From IMG/VR virus record IMGVR_UViG_2861084961_000005: a stretch of 33,089 nt of DNA; one strand, 5' to 3'. The translations under genes were made by a program, and so were the position numbers. Shown here one piece after another: positions 8,742 to 19,311 of this stretch. Source of the DNA: a virus (taxonomy: Duplodnaviria > Heunggongvirae > Uroviricota > Caudoviricetes). Under the pieces are notes generated by a model. That model had not been told where the DNA came from. It saw nothing but the letters and a program-made list of their open reading frames with translations, and searched no databases. How positions within the stretch are numbered: position 1 is the first letter of the stretch; each line of letters opens with the position of its first letter.

Positions 8742-9718
8742 TCACAACCGCTTCAAACAAAGGTGGTGGAACTGCATTACTACGACCTTATATCTCTCTT
8801 TTAACATCCGTGCGGCCCCAAAACTATCCATGTCAGGAAAAGTTAGATAACCACCATGATTGGTATATTCTTTACTAAACCCTTGCAGAATCGCCGCTTC
8901 TTTATAAGAGAAGCGTCTGGCTGGCGAGTTTGTTATAAACTCCCACTTGTCCATACCCACTTTTTTAATTCGGGGCTGATGGGATGCAAGGAATATGACG
9001 AAGATTACTTACGATAGTTTTACTAACTTCGTCCCAGTTGCGGCGTCTATTCCTAGATAAATAGTACCAGTGAAATGGGTCATCACAAAACTCACCGATT
9101 GGCCATTCAGGTAATCCCTTTAGTGCTTCACCGATTGTTACATAAGGTAATGATTTTTCCTCACCATGTGTGGCTTCAGGGAATTTATATTCTAGGTCGA
9201 AGTCGTTACGAATACCTACAATTATTAATCTCTTACGCTCTTGCGGTACACCGTAGTGGTGAGCTTTGAGTATATTCCAAACAACTTTATAGCCTATATT
9301 ACCAGCATTGGAGAAGCGTTTATTGATCATCGAGTAGATGCTTAAATGTACTATTTCTCATACCTGAAACATTTTCGACAATAAATGCTTTAGGTTGAAT
9401 ATTGGTTAATGCACGTGCAAACTCTTTATATAAAATTTATACTCCTGTCCGCAGACGTGCGCCACCTTGGCTAAATCCTTGGCATGGATAGCATCCAACA
9501 AGAAGGTCTGCACTCGGAAATTTTTCAACTTCTCGGATATCTTGGATTAGGTAATCTGTTTCTGGTAGGTTTGCGAGATAAACCTCTCTCGCATATGGCA
9601 AAATATCGTTTGCCATAACGATGTCGAAACCAGCTTTGCTTAATCCAGCATCGGAACCACCACAACCCGAGAACAATGATACAGCTTTTGGCATTTTCTC
9701 CCCCTGATAAACCGGCAA
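8742..9718 (-). pseudogene. DNA (cytosine-5)-methyltransferase, disrupted by an in-frame stop and frameshifts
   Basis: Motif I FSGCGG and motif IV PCQ in ORF 9437..9718; in-frame TAA at 9437..9439; motif VI FIVENV in the same frame downstream; motif VIII YGVPQERKR in ORF 8965..9330 (different frame); motif X-like RRFSYKEAAILQGF in ORF 8742..8960 (third frame). Confidence 0.75.
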
Positions 9719-9900
9719 GAGTATAGCTTTTTATATGGCTACTGCATACATCATCCTTATAAATGGCAGTTTCTGGTGTATGCATGGACGTGAATTTTTT
9801 TGCATGCATTAGCTTTACTTATTTGAAGTATTGTCCGTGACGTCTGGTGCGCTTCCAACGTATTCATGAAACTGCATTAAAAGCGCCCATGAAGCGGGCG

Positions 9901-9919
9901 GGCGAGGCGGGGAAAGCAC
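9901..9919. other. cos site (19-nt cohesive end, P2/186 type)
   Basis: GGCGAGGCGGGGAAAGCAC matches the P2 cohesive-end sequence as I recall it; lies in a GC-rich non-coding stretch just downstream of portal gene Q, as in P2. Confidence 0.65.
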
Positions 9920-10059
9920 TGCGCGCTGGCGGTGGTGCTGATTTTATTTTCCAGCGTCTCAGCGCGTCGTGACGGCGCTTAGTCTGCCCGTTGGGGGTTG
10001 GTGTGTCTGCGGGGTGTTTTGTGCGGTGGTGAGCGTGTGAGGGCGTGATGGCGGGTTGT

Positions 10060-10086
10060 AAAAAAGCCGCCCGCAGGCGGCGATGT
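10060..10086 (-). terminator. Candidate rho-independent terminator of the P-Q operon
   Basis: Minus-strand reading: GCCGCCTGCGGGCGGC hairpin followed by TTTTTT, directly after the Q stop codon. Confidence 0.5.
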
Positions 10087-11114
10087 TCAGCCGTTGTCAG
10101 TGTCCAGTGAGTAGTTTTTAAAGCTGATGACTCCTGACCGAGCCAGCCGTTTATCTCGCGGATCCTGTCCTGTAGCGGGATAAGCTCATTGCGGACAAAG
10201 ACCTTTGCCACTTTCTCAATATCACCAGCGACCCGACGTTCTCCGGCTTGCCGCCATCAACTGAAAGGGGATGCGGTGCGCGTCCAGCAGGTCAGCGGCG
10301 CTGGCTTTTTTGATATTAAAAAAATCGTCCTTCGTTGCCACTTCACTGAGCGGGATAATTTTAATGCCGTCAGCTTTCCCCTGCGGGGCATAGAGAAACA
10401 GGTTTTTAAAGTTGTTGCGGCTTTCGACTTGACCATGTTTTCGCGGAGCATTTCGATATCGTTGCGATCCTGCACGGCATCGGTGACGTACATGATGTAT
10501 CCGGCATGTGCGCCGTTTTCGTAATACTTGCGGCGGAACAGCGTGGCCGACTCATTCAGCCAGGCAGAGTTAAGGGCGCTGAGATATTCCGGCAGGCCGT
10601 ACAGTTCCTGATTAATATCCGGCTCCAGCAGATGAAACACGGAGCCGGGCGCGAAAGGTGTCGGCTCGTTGAAGGACGGCACCCACCAGTAAACATCCTC
10701 CTCCACGCACGGCGGGTATATTTTGCCGGTGAGGTTTCCAGTCTGATGACCTTACCGGTGGTGCTGTAACGCTTTTCCAGAAACGCATTACCGAACACCA
10801 GAAAATCCAGCACAAAGCGGCTGAAATCCTGCTGGGAAAGCCACGGATGCGGGATAATGTCGAGGCCAGAATATTACGTTTGACGTAAATCGGTGAGCTG
10901 TGATGCACGGCAGCACGCAGGCTTTTTGCAGACCGGTAAAGCTGACCGGCGGCTCATACCATCTGCCGTTACTGATGCACTCGACGTAATCCAGAATGTC
11001 ACGGCGGTCGAGTACCGGCACCGGCTCACCAAAGGTGAATGCCTCCATTTTCGGGGCGCTGGCGGTCATTGTTTTTGCCGCAGGTTGCGGTGTTTTCCCT
11101 TTTTTCTTGCTCAT
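10087..11114 (-). CDS. Q: Portal protein (P2 gpQ family); reading frame interrupted several times
   Basis: N-terminus MSKKKGKTPQPAAK... from ATG 11114; portal segments continue in ORFs 10612..10908, 10556..10813, 10257..10706 and 9864..10211, each in a different frame; stop TGA at 10089..10087 in the frame carrying the recalled P2 Q C-terminus. Confidence 0.85.
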
Positions 11115-12882
11115 CAGTAAAACTCCAGAATGGTGGATGTCAGCGGGGTGCTGATACCGGCGGTGAGTGGCTCATTTAACAGGGCGTGCATGGTCGCCCA
11201 GGCGAGGTCGGCGTGGCTGGCTTCCTCGCTGCGGCTGGCCTCATAGGTGGCGCTGCGTCCGCTGCTGGTCATGGTCTTGCGGATAGCCATAAACGAGCTG
11301 GTGATGTCGGTGGCGCTGACGTCATATTCCAGACAGCCACGGCGGATAACGTCTTTTGCCTGAGCACCATTGCGGTTTTCATTTCCGGCGTGTAGCGGAT
11401 ATCGCGCGCGGCGGGATAGAACGAGCGCACGAGCTGGAACACGCCGACACCGAGGCCGGTGGCATCAATACCGATGTATTCAACGTTATATTTTTCGGTG
11501 AGTTTGCGGATGGATTCCGCCTGGGTGGCAAAGTCCATGCCTTTCCACTGGTGACGCTCAAGTATTCTGAATTTGCCACCGGCCACCACCGGCGGTGCCA
11601 GCACCACGCATCCGGCGCTGTCGCCACGGTGTGACGGGTCGTAACCAATCCATACCGGGCGGGAGCCGAACGGATTGGCGGCAAATGGTGCATAGTCTTC
11701 CCATTCTTCCAGCGTGTCGACCATGCAGCGTTGCAGCTCCTCGAACGGGAACACCGACGCCTTGTCGTCAACAAATTCACACATGAACAGGTTTTTAAAA
11801 TCGTCGGCGCTGTTTTCGCGTTTGAGCTGCTCAATGTCGAACAGCGTGCAGCCGCCTTTCAGGGCGTCCTCAATGGTGACAATCTGCCGCCACTGGCCGT
11901 CCGCACAGAGAAGACCTCCGGCAAGGGCGTTATGACTGACGTCGATTTCCACGCGTTCGGCGGCGCTGGCGCGTCCCCGGTTAAACAGTTCACCCGACCA
12001 GAACGGGTAGGCGTCGTGCGCCAGCGTGGACGGGGTGGAGAAATAGGTCGAACGCAGGTGACTCTGTGAGGCCATACCTGATGCACCTTACGCAGTACCT
12101 GAAAATTCGGGATCCAGAAAATCTCGTCGACGTACAGGTCGCCGTTATGGCTCTGTGCGGTGTTGGAGTTGGTGCCGAGAAAATCAGTTTTGCGCCGTTA
12201 TTGCCCAGGACAATCGGGTCACCGGTCAGGTCAACGTCAACCAGCCGGGCAAAGGCGATGATGTATTCGCGGAACACATACGCCTGCGTTTTACTGGCCG
12301 ACAGAAAAATCTGGTTATGACCGGTTTTCAGGGCGCGCAGCAGCGCCTCGCGGGAAAAATAAAACGTCGCGCCAATCTGGCGGGATTTCAGGATATCGCG
12401 GATGCGGTGCTCAAGCCCGGCGCGATACCAGTGCAACTGATATTCGAAAGACTGCTCAAAGAAAATCTGCTCCAGCTTTTCGATGGCTTCGTCACTGAAA
12501 AAATTCTTTTTCGGTTTGCGACGCCAGCCTTTGTTGCGGTTAGCGATGTTCGGATTAAGGTCTGCCTCGTTGCCGGTCTGGCTGTAACGGTTGACCCGTG
12601 CCAGTCGTTCAATCTGGCGTCCCAGCAGGTCAATTTCCTTGAAGTCCCCGCCGGTTTTCTGCGGTTTGATGATGAGCTGGGTCAGCCGCGCTTCCAGACT
12701 CATTTCGACACGGCTGATGGGGGCAACGCTGTCCCAGCCGTCGCGCTGTTTCCAGCTCTGCACCGTCGGGCGTTTCATCTGCAACATGGCGGCAATCTGC
12801 GGCACGGAAATCCCTGCCAGTACAGCAGCGCCGCCTGACGACGCGGGTCGTGTAAAAGAGTGGTGTCTGTGGTGATGGTCAT
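11114..12882 (-). CDS. P: Terminase large (ATPase) subunit (P2 gpP family); reading frame interrupted
   Basis: ATG 12882..12880 gives MTITTDTTLLHDPRRQAALL...; bulk in ORFs 11990..12907 and 11269..12075 in different frames; stop TGA 11116..11114 overlaps the Q start. Confidence 0.85.
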
Positions 12883-13055
12883 GAATACCTCGCCGTAATG
12901 AATACACGGCAAGGCTACTGAGTCGCGTCCCGCGATTCGCTAAGGTGCTGTTGTGTCAGTGATAAGCCATCCGGGACTGATGGCGGAGGATGCGCATCGT
13001 CGGGAAACTGATGCCGACATGTGACTCCTCTAATCACTATTCAGGACTCCTGACA
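12883..13055. promoter_or_regulatory. Divergent late-promoter region between P/Q (leftward) and O-N-M-L (rightward)
   Basis: Non-coding gap between divergently oriented operons; no Ogr-type dyad could be pinned down by eye. Confidence 0.35.
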
Positions 13056-13905
13056 ATGGCAAAAAAGTCTCAAAATTCTTTCGTATCGGCGTTGAGGGTG
13101 ACACCTGTGACGGGCGTGTCATCAGTGCGCAGGATATTCAGGAAATGGCCGAAACTTTGACCCGCGTGTCTATGGTTGCCGTATTAACCTGGAACATCTG
13201 CGCGGCATCCTGCCTGACGGTATTTTTAAACGTTATGGTGATGTGGCCGAACTGAAGGCCGAAAAGATTGACGATGATTCGGCGCTGAAAGGCAAATGGG
13301 CGCTGTTTGCGAAAATCACCCCGACCGATGACCTTATCGCGATGAACAAGGCCGCGCAGAAGGTCTATACCTCAATGGAAATTCAGCCGAACTTTGCCAA
13401 CACCGGCAAATGTTATCTGGTGGGGCTGGCCGTCACCGATGACCCGGCAAGCCTCGGCACGGAATACCTGGAATTCTGCCGCACGGCAAAACACAACCCC
13501 CTGAACCGCTTCAAATTAAGCCCTGAAACCTGATTTCAGTGGCAACGCCTGTTGAGCTGGAATTTGAAGACCTGCCTGAAACGTGTTCACCGCCCTGACC
13601 GAAAAGGTGAAGTCCATTTTGGCCGCAAACAGGCCAGCGATGATGCCCGTCTGAATGACGTGCATGACGCGGTGACCGCTGTTGCTGAACATGTGCAGGA
13701 AAAACTGAGCGCCACTGAGCAGCGCCTCGCTGAGATGGAAACCGCCTTTTCCGCACTTAAGCAGGAGGTGACTGACAGGGCGGATGAAACCAGCCAGGCA
13801 TTCACCCGCCTGAAAAACAGTCTCGACCACACCGAAAGTCTGACCCAGCAGCGCCGCAGCAAGGCCACCGGTGGTGGCGGTGACGCCCTGATGACGAACT
13901 GCTGA
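13056..13905 (+). CDS. O: Capsid scaffolding protein (P2 gpO family); reading frame interrupted
   Basis: ATG 13056 (MAKK...); body split between ORFs 13243..13533 and 13552..13905 in different frames; first break at the A-run 13061..13066. Confidence 0.85.
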
Positions 13906-13963
13906 CCGGCGTCAGTCAGTCCGGGAAAACCTTCACGATTAACCCTTAATTTCAGGAAAAACT

Positions 13964-15036
13964 ATGCGCCAGGAAACCCGCTTTAAATTTAATGCCTACC
14001 TGTCCCGTGTTGCCGAACTGAACGGCATCGACGCCGGTGATGTGTCGAAAAAATTCACCGTTGAACCGTCGGTCACCCAGACCCTGATGAACACCATGCA
14101 GGAGTCCTCTGACTTTCTGACCCGCATCAATATTGTGCCGGTCAGCGAAATGAAAGGGGAAAAATTGGCATCGGTGTCACCGGCTCCATCGCCAGCACCA
14201 CCGACACCGCCGGGGGCACCGAGCGTCAGCCGAAGGACTTCTCGAAGCTGGCGTCTAACAAGTACGAATGCGACCAGATTAACTTCGATTTTTATATCCG
14301 CTACAAAACGCTGGACCTGTGGGCGCGTTATCAGGATTTCCAGCTCCGTATCCGTAACGCCATTATCAAACGCCAGTCCCTTGATTTCATCATGGCCGGT
14401 TTTAACGGCGTGAAGCGTGCAGAAACCTCTGACCGCAGCAGCAATCCGATGCTGCAGGATGTGGCGGTCGGCTGGCTGCAGAAATACCGCAATGAAGCCC
14501 CGGCGCGCGTGATGAGCAAGGTCACTGACGAGGAAGGTCGCACCACCTCTGAGGTCATCCGCGTGGGTAAGGGCGGTGATTATGCCAGCCTTGATGCACT
14601 GGTGATGGATGCGACCAACAACCTGATTGAACCGTGGTATCAGGAAGACCCTGACCTTGTGGTGATTGTGGGACGTCAGTTACTGGCGGACAAGTATTTC
14701 CCCATCGTCAACAGGGAGCAGGACAACAGCGAAATGCTGGCCGCTGACGTCATCATCAGCCAGAAACGCATCGGTAACCTGCCGGCGGTACGCGTCCCGT
14801 ACTTCCCGGCGGATGCGATGCTCATCACAAAGCTGGAAAACCTGTCCATCTACTACATGGATGACAGCCATCGCCGCGTGATTGAGGAAAACCCGAAACT
14901 CGACCGCGTGGAGAACTACGAGTCAATGAACATTGATTACGTGGTGGAAGACTACGCCGCCGGTTGTCTGGTGGAAAAAATTAAGGTCGGTGATTTCTCC
15001 ACGCTGGCTAAAGCGACCGCAGAGCCGGGAGCGTAA
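13964..15036 (+). CDS. N: Major capsid protein (P2 gpN family); one frame break
   Basis: N-terminal 66 aa in ORF 13964..14413, then the protein continues in the next frame through ORF 14392..15036; junction at A-run 14160..14164. Confidence 0.9.
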
Positions 15037-15039
15037 CCG

Positions 15040-15782
15040 ATGACGAGTCCCGCACAGCGCCACATGATGCGGGTCTCGGCAGCGATGACCGCGCAGCGGG
15101 AAGCCGCCCCGCTGCGACATGCAACTGTCTATGAGCAGATGCTGGTCAAGCTGGCCGCAGACCAGCGCACACTGAAAGCGATTTATTCAAAAGAGCTGAA
15201 GGCCGCGAAAAAGCGCGAACTGCTGCCGTTCTGGTTGCCGTGGGTGAACGGCGTGCTGGAGCAGGGCAAAGGTGCACAGGATGACATTCTGATGACGGTC
15301 ATGCTGTGGCGTCTGGATACCGGCGATATTGCCGGTGCGCTGGAGATTGCCCGTTATGCCCTGAAGTATGGTCTGACCATGCCGGGGAAACACCGCCGCA
15401 CCCCGCCGTACATGTTCACCGAGGAGGTGGCGCTCGCGGCCATGCGCGCTCATGCTGCCGGTGAGTCTGTGGATACCCGCCTGCTGACGGAGACCCTTGA
15501 ACTGACCGCCGTTGCTGACATGCCTGATGAAGTGCGCGCAAAGCTGCACAAAATCACCGGTCTGTTTCTGCGTGACGGTGGAGATGCCGCCGGTGCGCTG
15601 GCTCACCTGCAACGTGCGACACAGCTCGACTGTCAGGCAGGCGTCAAAAAGAGATTGAACGACTGGAGCGGGAGCTGAAACCGAAGCCGGAGCCGCAGCC
15701 AAAAGCGGCCACCCGCGCCCCGAGTAAGACCCGGAGCGTGACACCGGCAAAACGTGGACGCCCGAAAAAGAAAGCCAGTTAA
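15040..15782 (+). CDS. M: Terminase small (endonuclease) subunit (P2 gpM family); one frame break near the 3' end
   Basis: ORF 15040..15678 then basic C-terminal tail ...KPKPEPQPKAATRAPSK...KKKAS in the next frame ending TAA 15780..15782; junction at A-run 15646..15650. Confidence 0.85.
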
Positions 15783-15881
15783 CAACCGAATGCGCCCCGC
15801 GCCAGGGCGGCACGCCGGTCAGTGACGGTGAATTACCTGACACTGCACCGGCGTCCACCGCCCGACTTTTCAGAGGTAGTC

Positions 15882-16388
15882 ATGATGACGCTGATTATTC
15901 CGCGAAAGGAGGCTCCCGTGTCCGGTGAGGGTACGGTGGTCATCCCGCAACCGGCAGGCGACGAGCCGGTGATTAAAACACGTTCTTTTTTCCCGATATC
16001 GACCCGAAGCGCGTCCGGGAACGTATGCGCCTTGAGCAGACCGTCGCCCCTGCCCGTCTGCGTGAGGCCATCAAGTCAGGCATGGCGGAGACGAATGCGG
16101 AGCTGTACGAGTACCGCGAACAGAAAATTGCTGCCGGTTTACGCGTCTGGCGGACGTCCCGGCGGACGACATCGACGGTGAAAGCATCAAAGTTTTTTAC
16201 TACGAGCGCGCCGTGTGTGCGATGGCGACCGCGTCGCTTTATGAGCGTTACCGCGGCGTGGATGCCAGTGCGAAAGGCGACAAGAAGGCTGACAGCATTG
16301 ACAGCACCATTGATGAACTGTGGCGGGATATGCGCTGGGCGGTGGCGCGTATCCAGGACAAGCCGCGCTGCATCGTGAGTCAAATCTG
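15882..16388 (+). CDS. L: Head completion protein (P2 gpL family); reading frame interrupted
   Basis: ATG 15882 (MMTLIIPRKEAPVSGEG...); continues in ORF 16025..16378 frame (MRLEQTVAPARLREAIKSGMAETNAELYEY...) and ends ...RCIVSQI-stop at 16386..16388. Confidence 0.8.
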
Positions 16389-16592
16389 ATGAAGACCTTT
16401 GCGCTACAGGGCGACACGCTCGACGCCATTTGTGTCCGGTATTACGGGCGCACTGAGGGCGTGGTCGAAGCCGTGCTCGCCGCAAATCCGGGACTGGCTG
16501 AACTGGGTGCGGTGCTGCCACACGGCACCGCCGTCGAACTGCCCGACGTTCAGACCGCGCCCGTGGCTGAAACTGTCAATCTGTGGGAGTAA
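16389..16592 (+). CDS. X: Tail protein X (LysM-like)
   Basis: 67 aa MKTFALQGDTLDAICVRYYG... from ATG 16389; position after L as in P2. Confidence 0.8.
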   Translation: MKTFALQGDTLDAICVRYYGRTEGVVEAVLAANPGLAELGAVLPHGTAVELPDVQTAPVAETVNLWE

Positions 16593-16595
16593 CGC

Positions 16596-16877
16596 ATGAC
16601 AGCAGAAGAAAAAAGCGTCCTGTCGCTTTTCATGATTGGGGTGCTGATTGTTGTCGGCAAGGTGCTTGCCGGTGGTGAACCCATCACCCCGCGTCTGTTT
16701 ATCGGACGCATGTTGCTCGGTGGTTTTGTCTCGATGGTTGCCGGTGTTGTTCTGGTGCAGTTTCCTGACCTGTCACTGCCTGCGGTGTGCGGCATCGGCT
16801 CCATGCTGGGTATCGCCGGTTATCAGGTGATTGAGATTGCCATTCAGCGTCGCTTTAAGGGCAGGGGGAAACAGTAA
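16596..16877 (+). CDS. Y: Holin (P2 gpY family)
   Basis: 93 aa with hydrophobic transmembrane stretches and a basic C-terminus; immediately precedes the endolysin. Confidence 0.8.
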   Translation: MTAEEKSVLSLFMIGVLIVVGKVLAGGEPITPRLFIGRMLLGGFVSMVAGVVLVQFPDLSLPAVCGIGSMLGIAGYQVIEIAIQRRFKGRGKQ

Positions 16878-17373
16878 TGCCGGTAATTAACACGCATCAG
16901 AATATCGCCGCCTTTCTCGACATGCTGGCGGTATCCGAAGGGACGGCGAATCATCCGCTGACGAAAAACCGTGGCTATGACGTGATAGTCACCGGACTGG
17001 ACGGGAAGCCGGAAATTTTCACCGACTACAGTGACCACCCGTTCGCACATGGCCGACCGGCGAAGGTGTTTAACCGTCGCGGTGAAAATCCACGGCCTCC
17101 GGTCGCTATCAGCAGCTTTACCTGTTCTGGCCGCACTACCGCAAACAGCTTGCCCTGCCGGATTTCAGTCCGTTGTCACAGGACAGACTCGCCATTCAGT
17201 TGATCCGCGAACGCGGTGCACTGGATGACATCCGGGCGGGACGCATTGAGCGCGCCATTTCACGCTGTCGCAATATCTGGGCGTCCCTGCCGGGTGCCGG
17301 TTACGGTCAGCGTGAGCATTCACTGGAAAAACTGGTCACCGTCTGGCGTACCGCCGGCGGCGTACCGGCTTAA
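16877..17373 (+). CDS. K: Endolysin (P2 gpK family); one frame break
   Basis: ORF 16877..17203 joined to ORF 17173..17373 in another frame; junction at A-run 17085..17088. Confidence 0.85.
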
Positions 17374-17387
17374 ACGGAGTAAACACC

Positions 17388-17726
17388 ATGAAGAAATTAT
17401 CCCTTTCACTGATGCTGAACGTGTCGCTGGCGCTGATGCTGGCACTGTCCCTGATTTACCCGCAGAGCGTGGCCGTCAGTTTTGTCGCTGCCTGGGCGAT
17501 TCTGGCGACGGTTATCTGTGTGGTTGCCGGTGGTGTCGGCGTGTATGCCACTGAGTATGTGCTGGAACGCTACGGGCGGGAGCTGCCGCCGGAATCGCTG
17601 GCCGTGAAGATTGTCACGGCGCTGTTTTTGCAGCCGGTGCCGTGGCGCAGACGGGCGGCGGCTCTGGTGGTGATGGTGGCGACATTTATCTCGCTGGTCG
17701 CCGCCGGGTGGATTTTACCGCGCTGA
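17388..17726 (+). CDS. lysA: Lysis timing membrane protein (P2 LysA-like)
   Basis: 112 aa, strongly hydrophobic, directly after K. Confidence 0.7.
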   Translation: MKKLSLSLMLNVSLALMLALSLIYPQSVAVSFVAAWAILATVICVVAGGVGVYATEYVLERYGRELPPESLAVKIVTALFLQPVPWRRRAAALVVMVATFISLVAAGWILPR

Positions 17727-17799
17727 TTTATCTCGTGGCGTCGGTGTTCTTCCGGCTGATACGTACGGCCTGCCGTCAGCGTTTTGAGGGGCGGGAACC

Positions 17800-18243
17800 A
17801 TGTCAAAGCTGATGACGGTGCTGGTTGTGTTGTTATCACTGGCGGTGGCCGGTCTGTTTCTGGTGAAACATAAAAATGCCAGCCTGCGCGCCTCGCTGGA
17901 CAGGGCGAACAGTGTCGCCAGTGAACAGCAGGCGACCATCACCATGCTGAAAAATCAGCTTCATGTTGCGCTCACCAGGGCAGACAAAAACGAGCTGGCG
18001 CAGGTGGCTCTGCGTCAGGAACTGGAGAACGCCGCGAAGCGTGAAGCACAGCGCGAGAAAACCATCACGAGGTTACTTAATGAAAACGAAGATTTTCGCC
18101 GCTGGTACGGCGCTGACCTGCCTGATGCTGTGCGCCGGTTGCACCAGCGCCCCGCCTGCACCGACGCCAGTGATTGTCCACAACGCCTGCCCGAAAGTGA
18201 GTCTTTGCCCGATGCCGGGCAGCGACCCGGAGACGAACGGTGA
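17800..18243 (+). CDS. lysB: Inner-membrane spanin component (P2 LysB / Rz-like)
   Basis: N-terminal transmembrane helix, then a charged coiled-coil-like region; canonical position. Confidence 0.7.
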   Translation: MSKLMTVLVVLLSLAVAGLFLVKHKNASLRASLDRANSVASEQQATITMLKNQLHVALTRADKNELAQVALRQELENAAKREAQREKTITRLLNENEDFRRWYGADLPDAVRRLHQRPACTDASDCPQRLPESESLPDAGQRPGDER

Positions 18244-18370
18244 TTTAAGTGCCGATATCCGGCAGCTTGAGAACGCGCTGGCGCGCTGTGCCAGCCAGGT
18301 AAAAATGATTAAACACTGTCAGGACGAAAACGATGCTCAAACCCGACAGCCTGCGCAGGGCGCTGACTGA
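18080..18370 (+). CDS. lysC: Outer-membrane lipoprotein spanin component (P2 LysC / Rz1-like), starts inside lysB in another frame
   Basis: ATG 18080; signal peptide ending in lipobox-like LCAGC; Pro-rich mature region. Confidence 0.65.
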   Translation: MKTKIFAAGTALTCLMLCAGCTSAPPAPTPVIVHNACPKVSLCPMPGSDPETNGDLSADIRQLENALARCASQVKMIKHCQDENDAQTRQPAQGAD

Positions 18371-18800
18371 TGCCGTCACGGTGCTGAAAACCAGTCCAGA
18401 GATGCTTCGGATATTCGTGGATAACGGGAGTATTGCCTCCACGCTGGCGACGTCGCTGTCGTTCGAAAAGCGTTACACGCTCAATGTGATTGTGACCGAC
18501 TTTACCGGTGATTTTGACCTGCTCATCGTGCCGGTGCTGGCGTGGCTGCGGGAAAATCAGCCCGACATCATGACCACTGACGAAGGTCAGAAAAAGGGCT
18601 TCACGTTTTATGCAGACATCAACAATGACAGCAGCTTTGATATCAGCATCAGCCTGATGCTGACCGAGCGCACGCTGGTCAGTGAGGTGGACGGTGCGCT
18701 GCATGTGAAGAATATCCCGGAACCTCCGCCGCCGGAGCCGGTCACCCGCCCGATGGAGCTTTATATCAATGGCGAACTGGTGAGTAAGTGGGATGAATGA
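18333..18800 (+). CDS. R: Tail completion protein (P2 gpR family)
   Basis: 155-aa intact ORF in canonical position. Confidence 0.85.
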   Translation: MLKPDSLRRALTDAVTVLKTSPEMLRIFVDNGSIASTLATSLSFEKRYTLNVIVTDFTGDFDLLIVPVLAWLRENQPDIMTTDEGQKKGFTFYADINNDSSFDISISLMLTERTLVSEVDGALHVKNIPEPPPPEPVTRPMELYINGELVSKWDE

Positions 18801-19245
18801 GTTTAAGCGTTTTGAAGACCGGCTGACCGGACTGATTGAGTCGCTGTCACCGTCAGGGCGTCGGCGACTGAGTGCAGAACTGGCGAAACGTCTGCGGCAG
18901 AGTCAGCAGCGCCGGGTGATGGCACAGAAAGCCCCGGACGGCACACCCTATGCGCCACGCCAGCAGCAGAGCGCCAGAAAAAAGACCGGTCGTGTTAAGC
19001 GAAAAATGTTTGCGAAACTTATCACCAGTCGTTTTTTGCATATCCGCGCCAGCCCGGAACAGGCAGCAATGGAATTTTACGGCGGGAAGTCACCGAAAAT
19101 CGCCAGCGTGCATCAGTTCGGTCTGTCGGAAGAAAACCGGAAAGACGGTAAGAAAATTGATTATCCGGCGCGTCCTCTGCTCGGCTTTACCGGTGAGGAT
19201 GTGCAGATGATTGAAGAGATTATCCTGGCTCACCTCGACCGTTAG
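18793..19245 (+). CDS. S: Tail completion protein (P2 gpS family)
   Basis: 150-aa intact ORF overlapping the end of R. Confidence 0.85.
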   Translation: MNEFKRFEDRLTGLIESLSPSGRRRLSAELAKRLRQSQQRRVMAQKAPDGTPYAPRQQQSARKKTGRVKRKMFAKLITSRFLHIRASPEQAAMEFYGGKSPKIASVHQFGLSEENRKDGKKIDYPARPLLGFTGEDVQMIEEIILAHLDR

Positions 19246-19311
19246 TTGTGCCATTCCCGACACCTCATCGTTACATTGCCGCCGGTATGACCCGGCGGCA
19301 TCCTTCCCGTT

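Noticed and set aside
9525-9809. 94-aa minus-strand ORF upstream of the methyltransferase
   Set aside because: Overlaps the methyltransferase N-terminus in another frame and runs into its promoter region; no independent support.
6386-9863. Expected P2 tin and old genes, or a known named defence system (old-type ATPase/TOPRIM, retron reverse transcriptase, ABC-ATPase systems)
   Set aside because: No Walker-A ATPase, TOPRIM, reverse-transcriptase or HEPN signature was seen in this interval; the only recognisable domains are ParB-like and C5-methyltransferase.
9864-10211. 115-aa minus-strand ORF across the cos region
   Set aside because: Only its first 28 codons are the out-of-frame C-terminus of portal Q; the rest reads through the GC-rich cos and terminator non-coding DNA.
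12883-13055. Ogr-type TGT-N12-ACA dyad in the P/O divergent promoter region
   Set aside because: I could not find a convincing dyad with the correct spacing by eye, so no specific activator site is called.
15187-15858. 223-aa minus-strand ORF, and similar long antisense ORFs at 15973..16521, 19090..19614, 20814..21425, 22439..22963, 29087..29719 and 30536..31108
   Set aside because: All lie antisense to conserved P2 structural genes in GC-rich DNA, where stop codons are rare by chance; none has a sensible start context or a recognisable motif.
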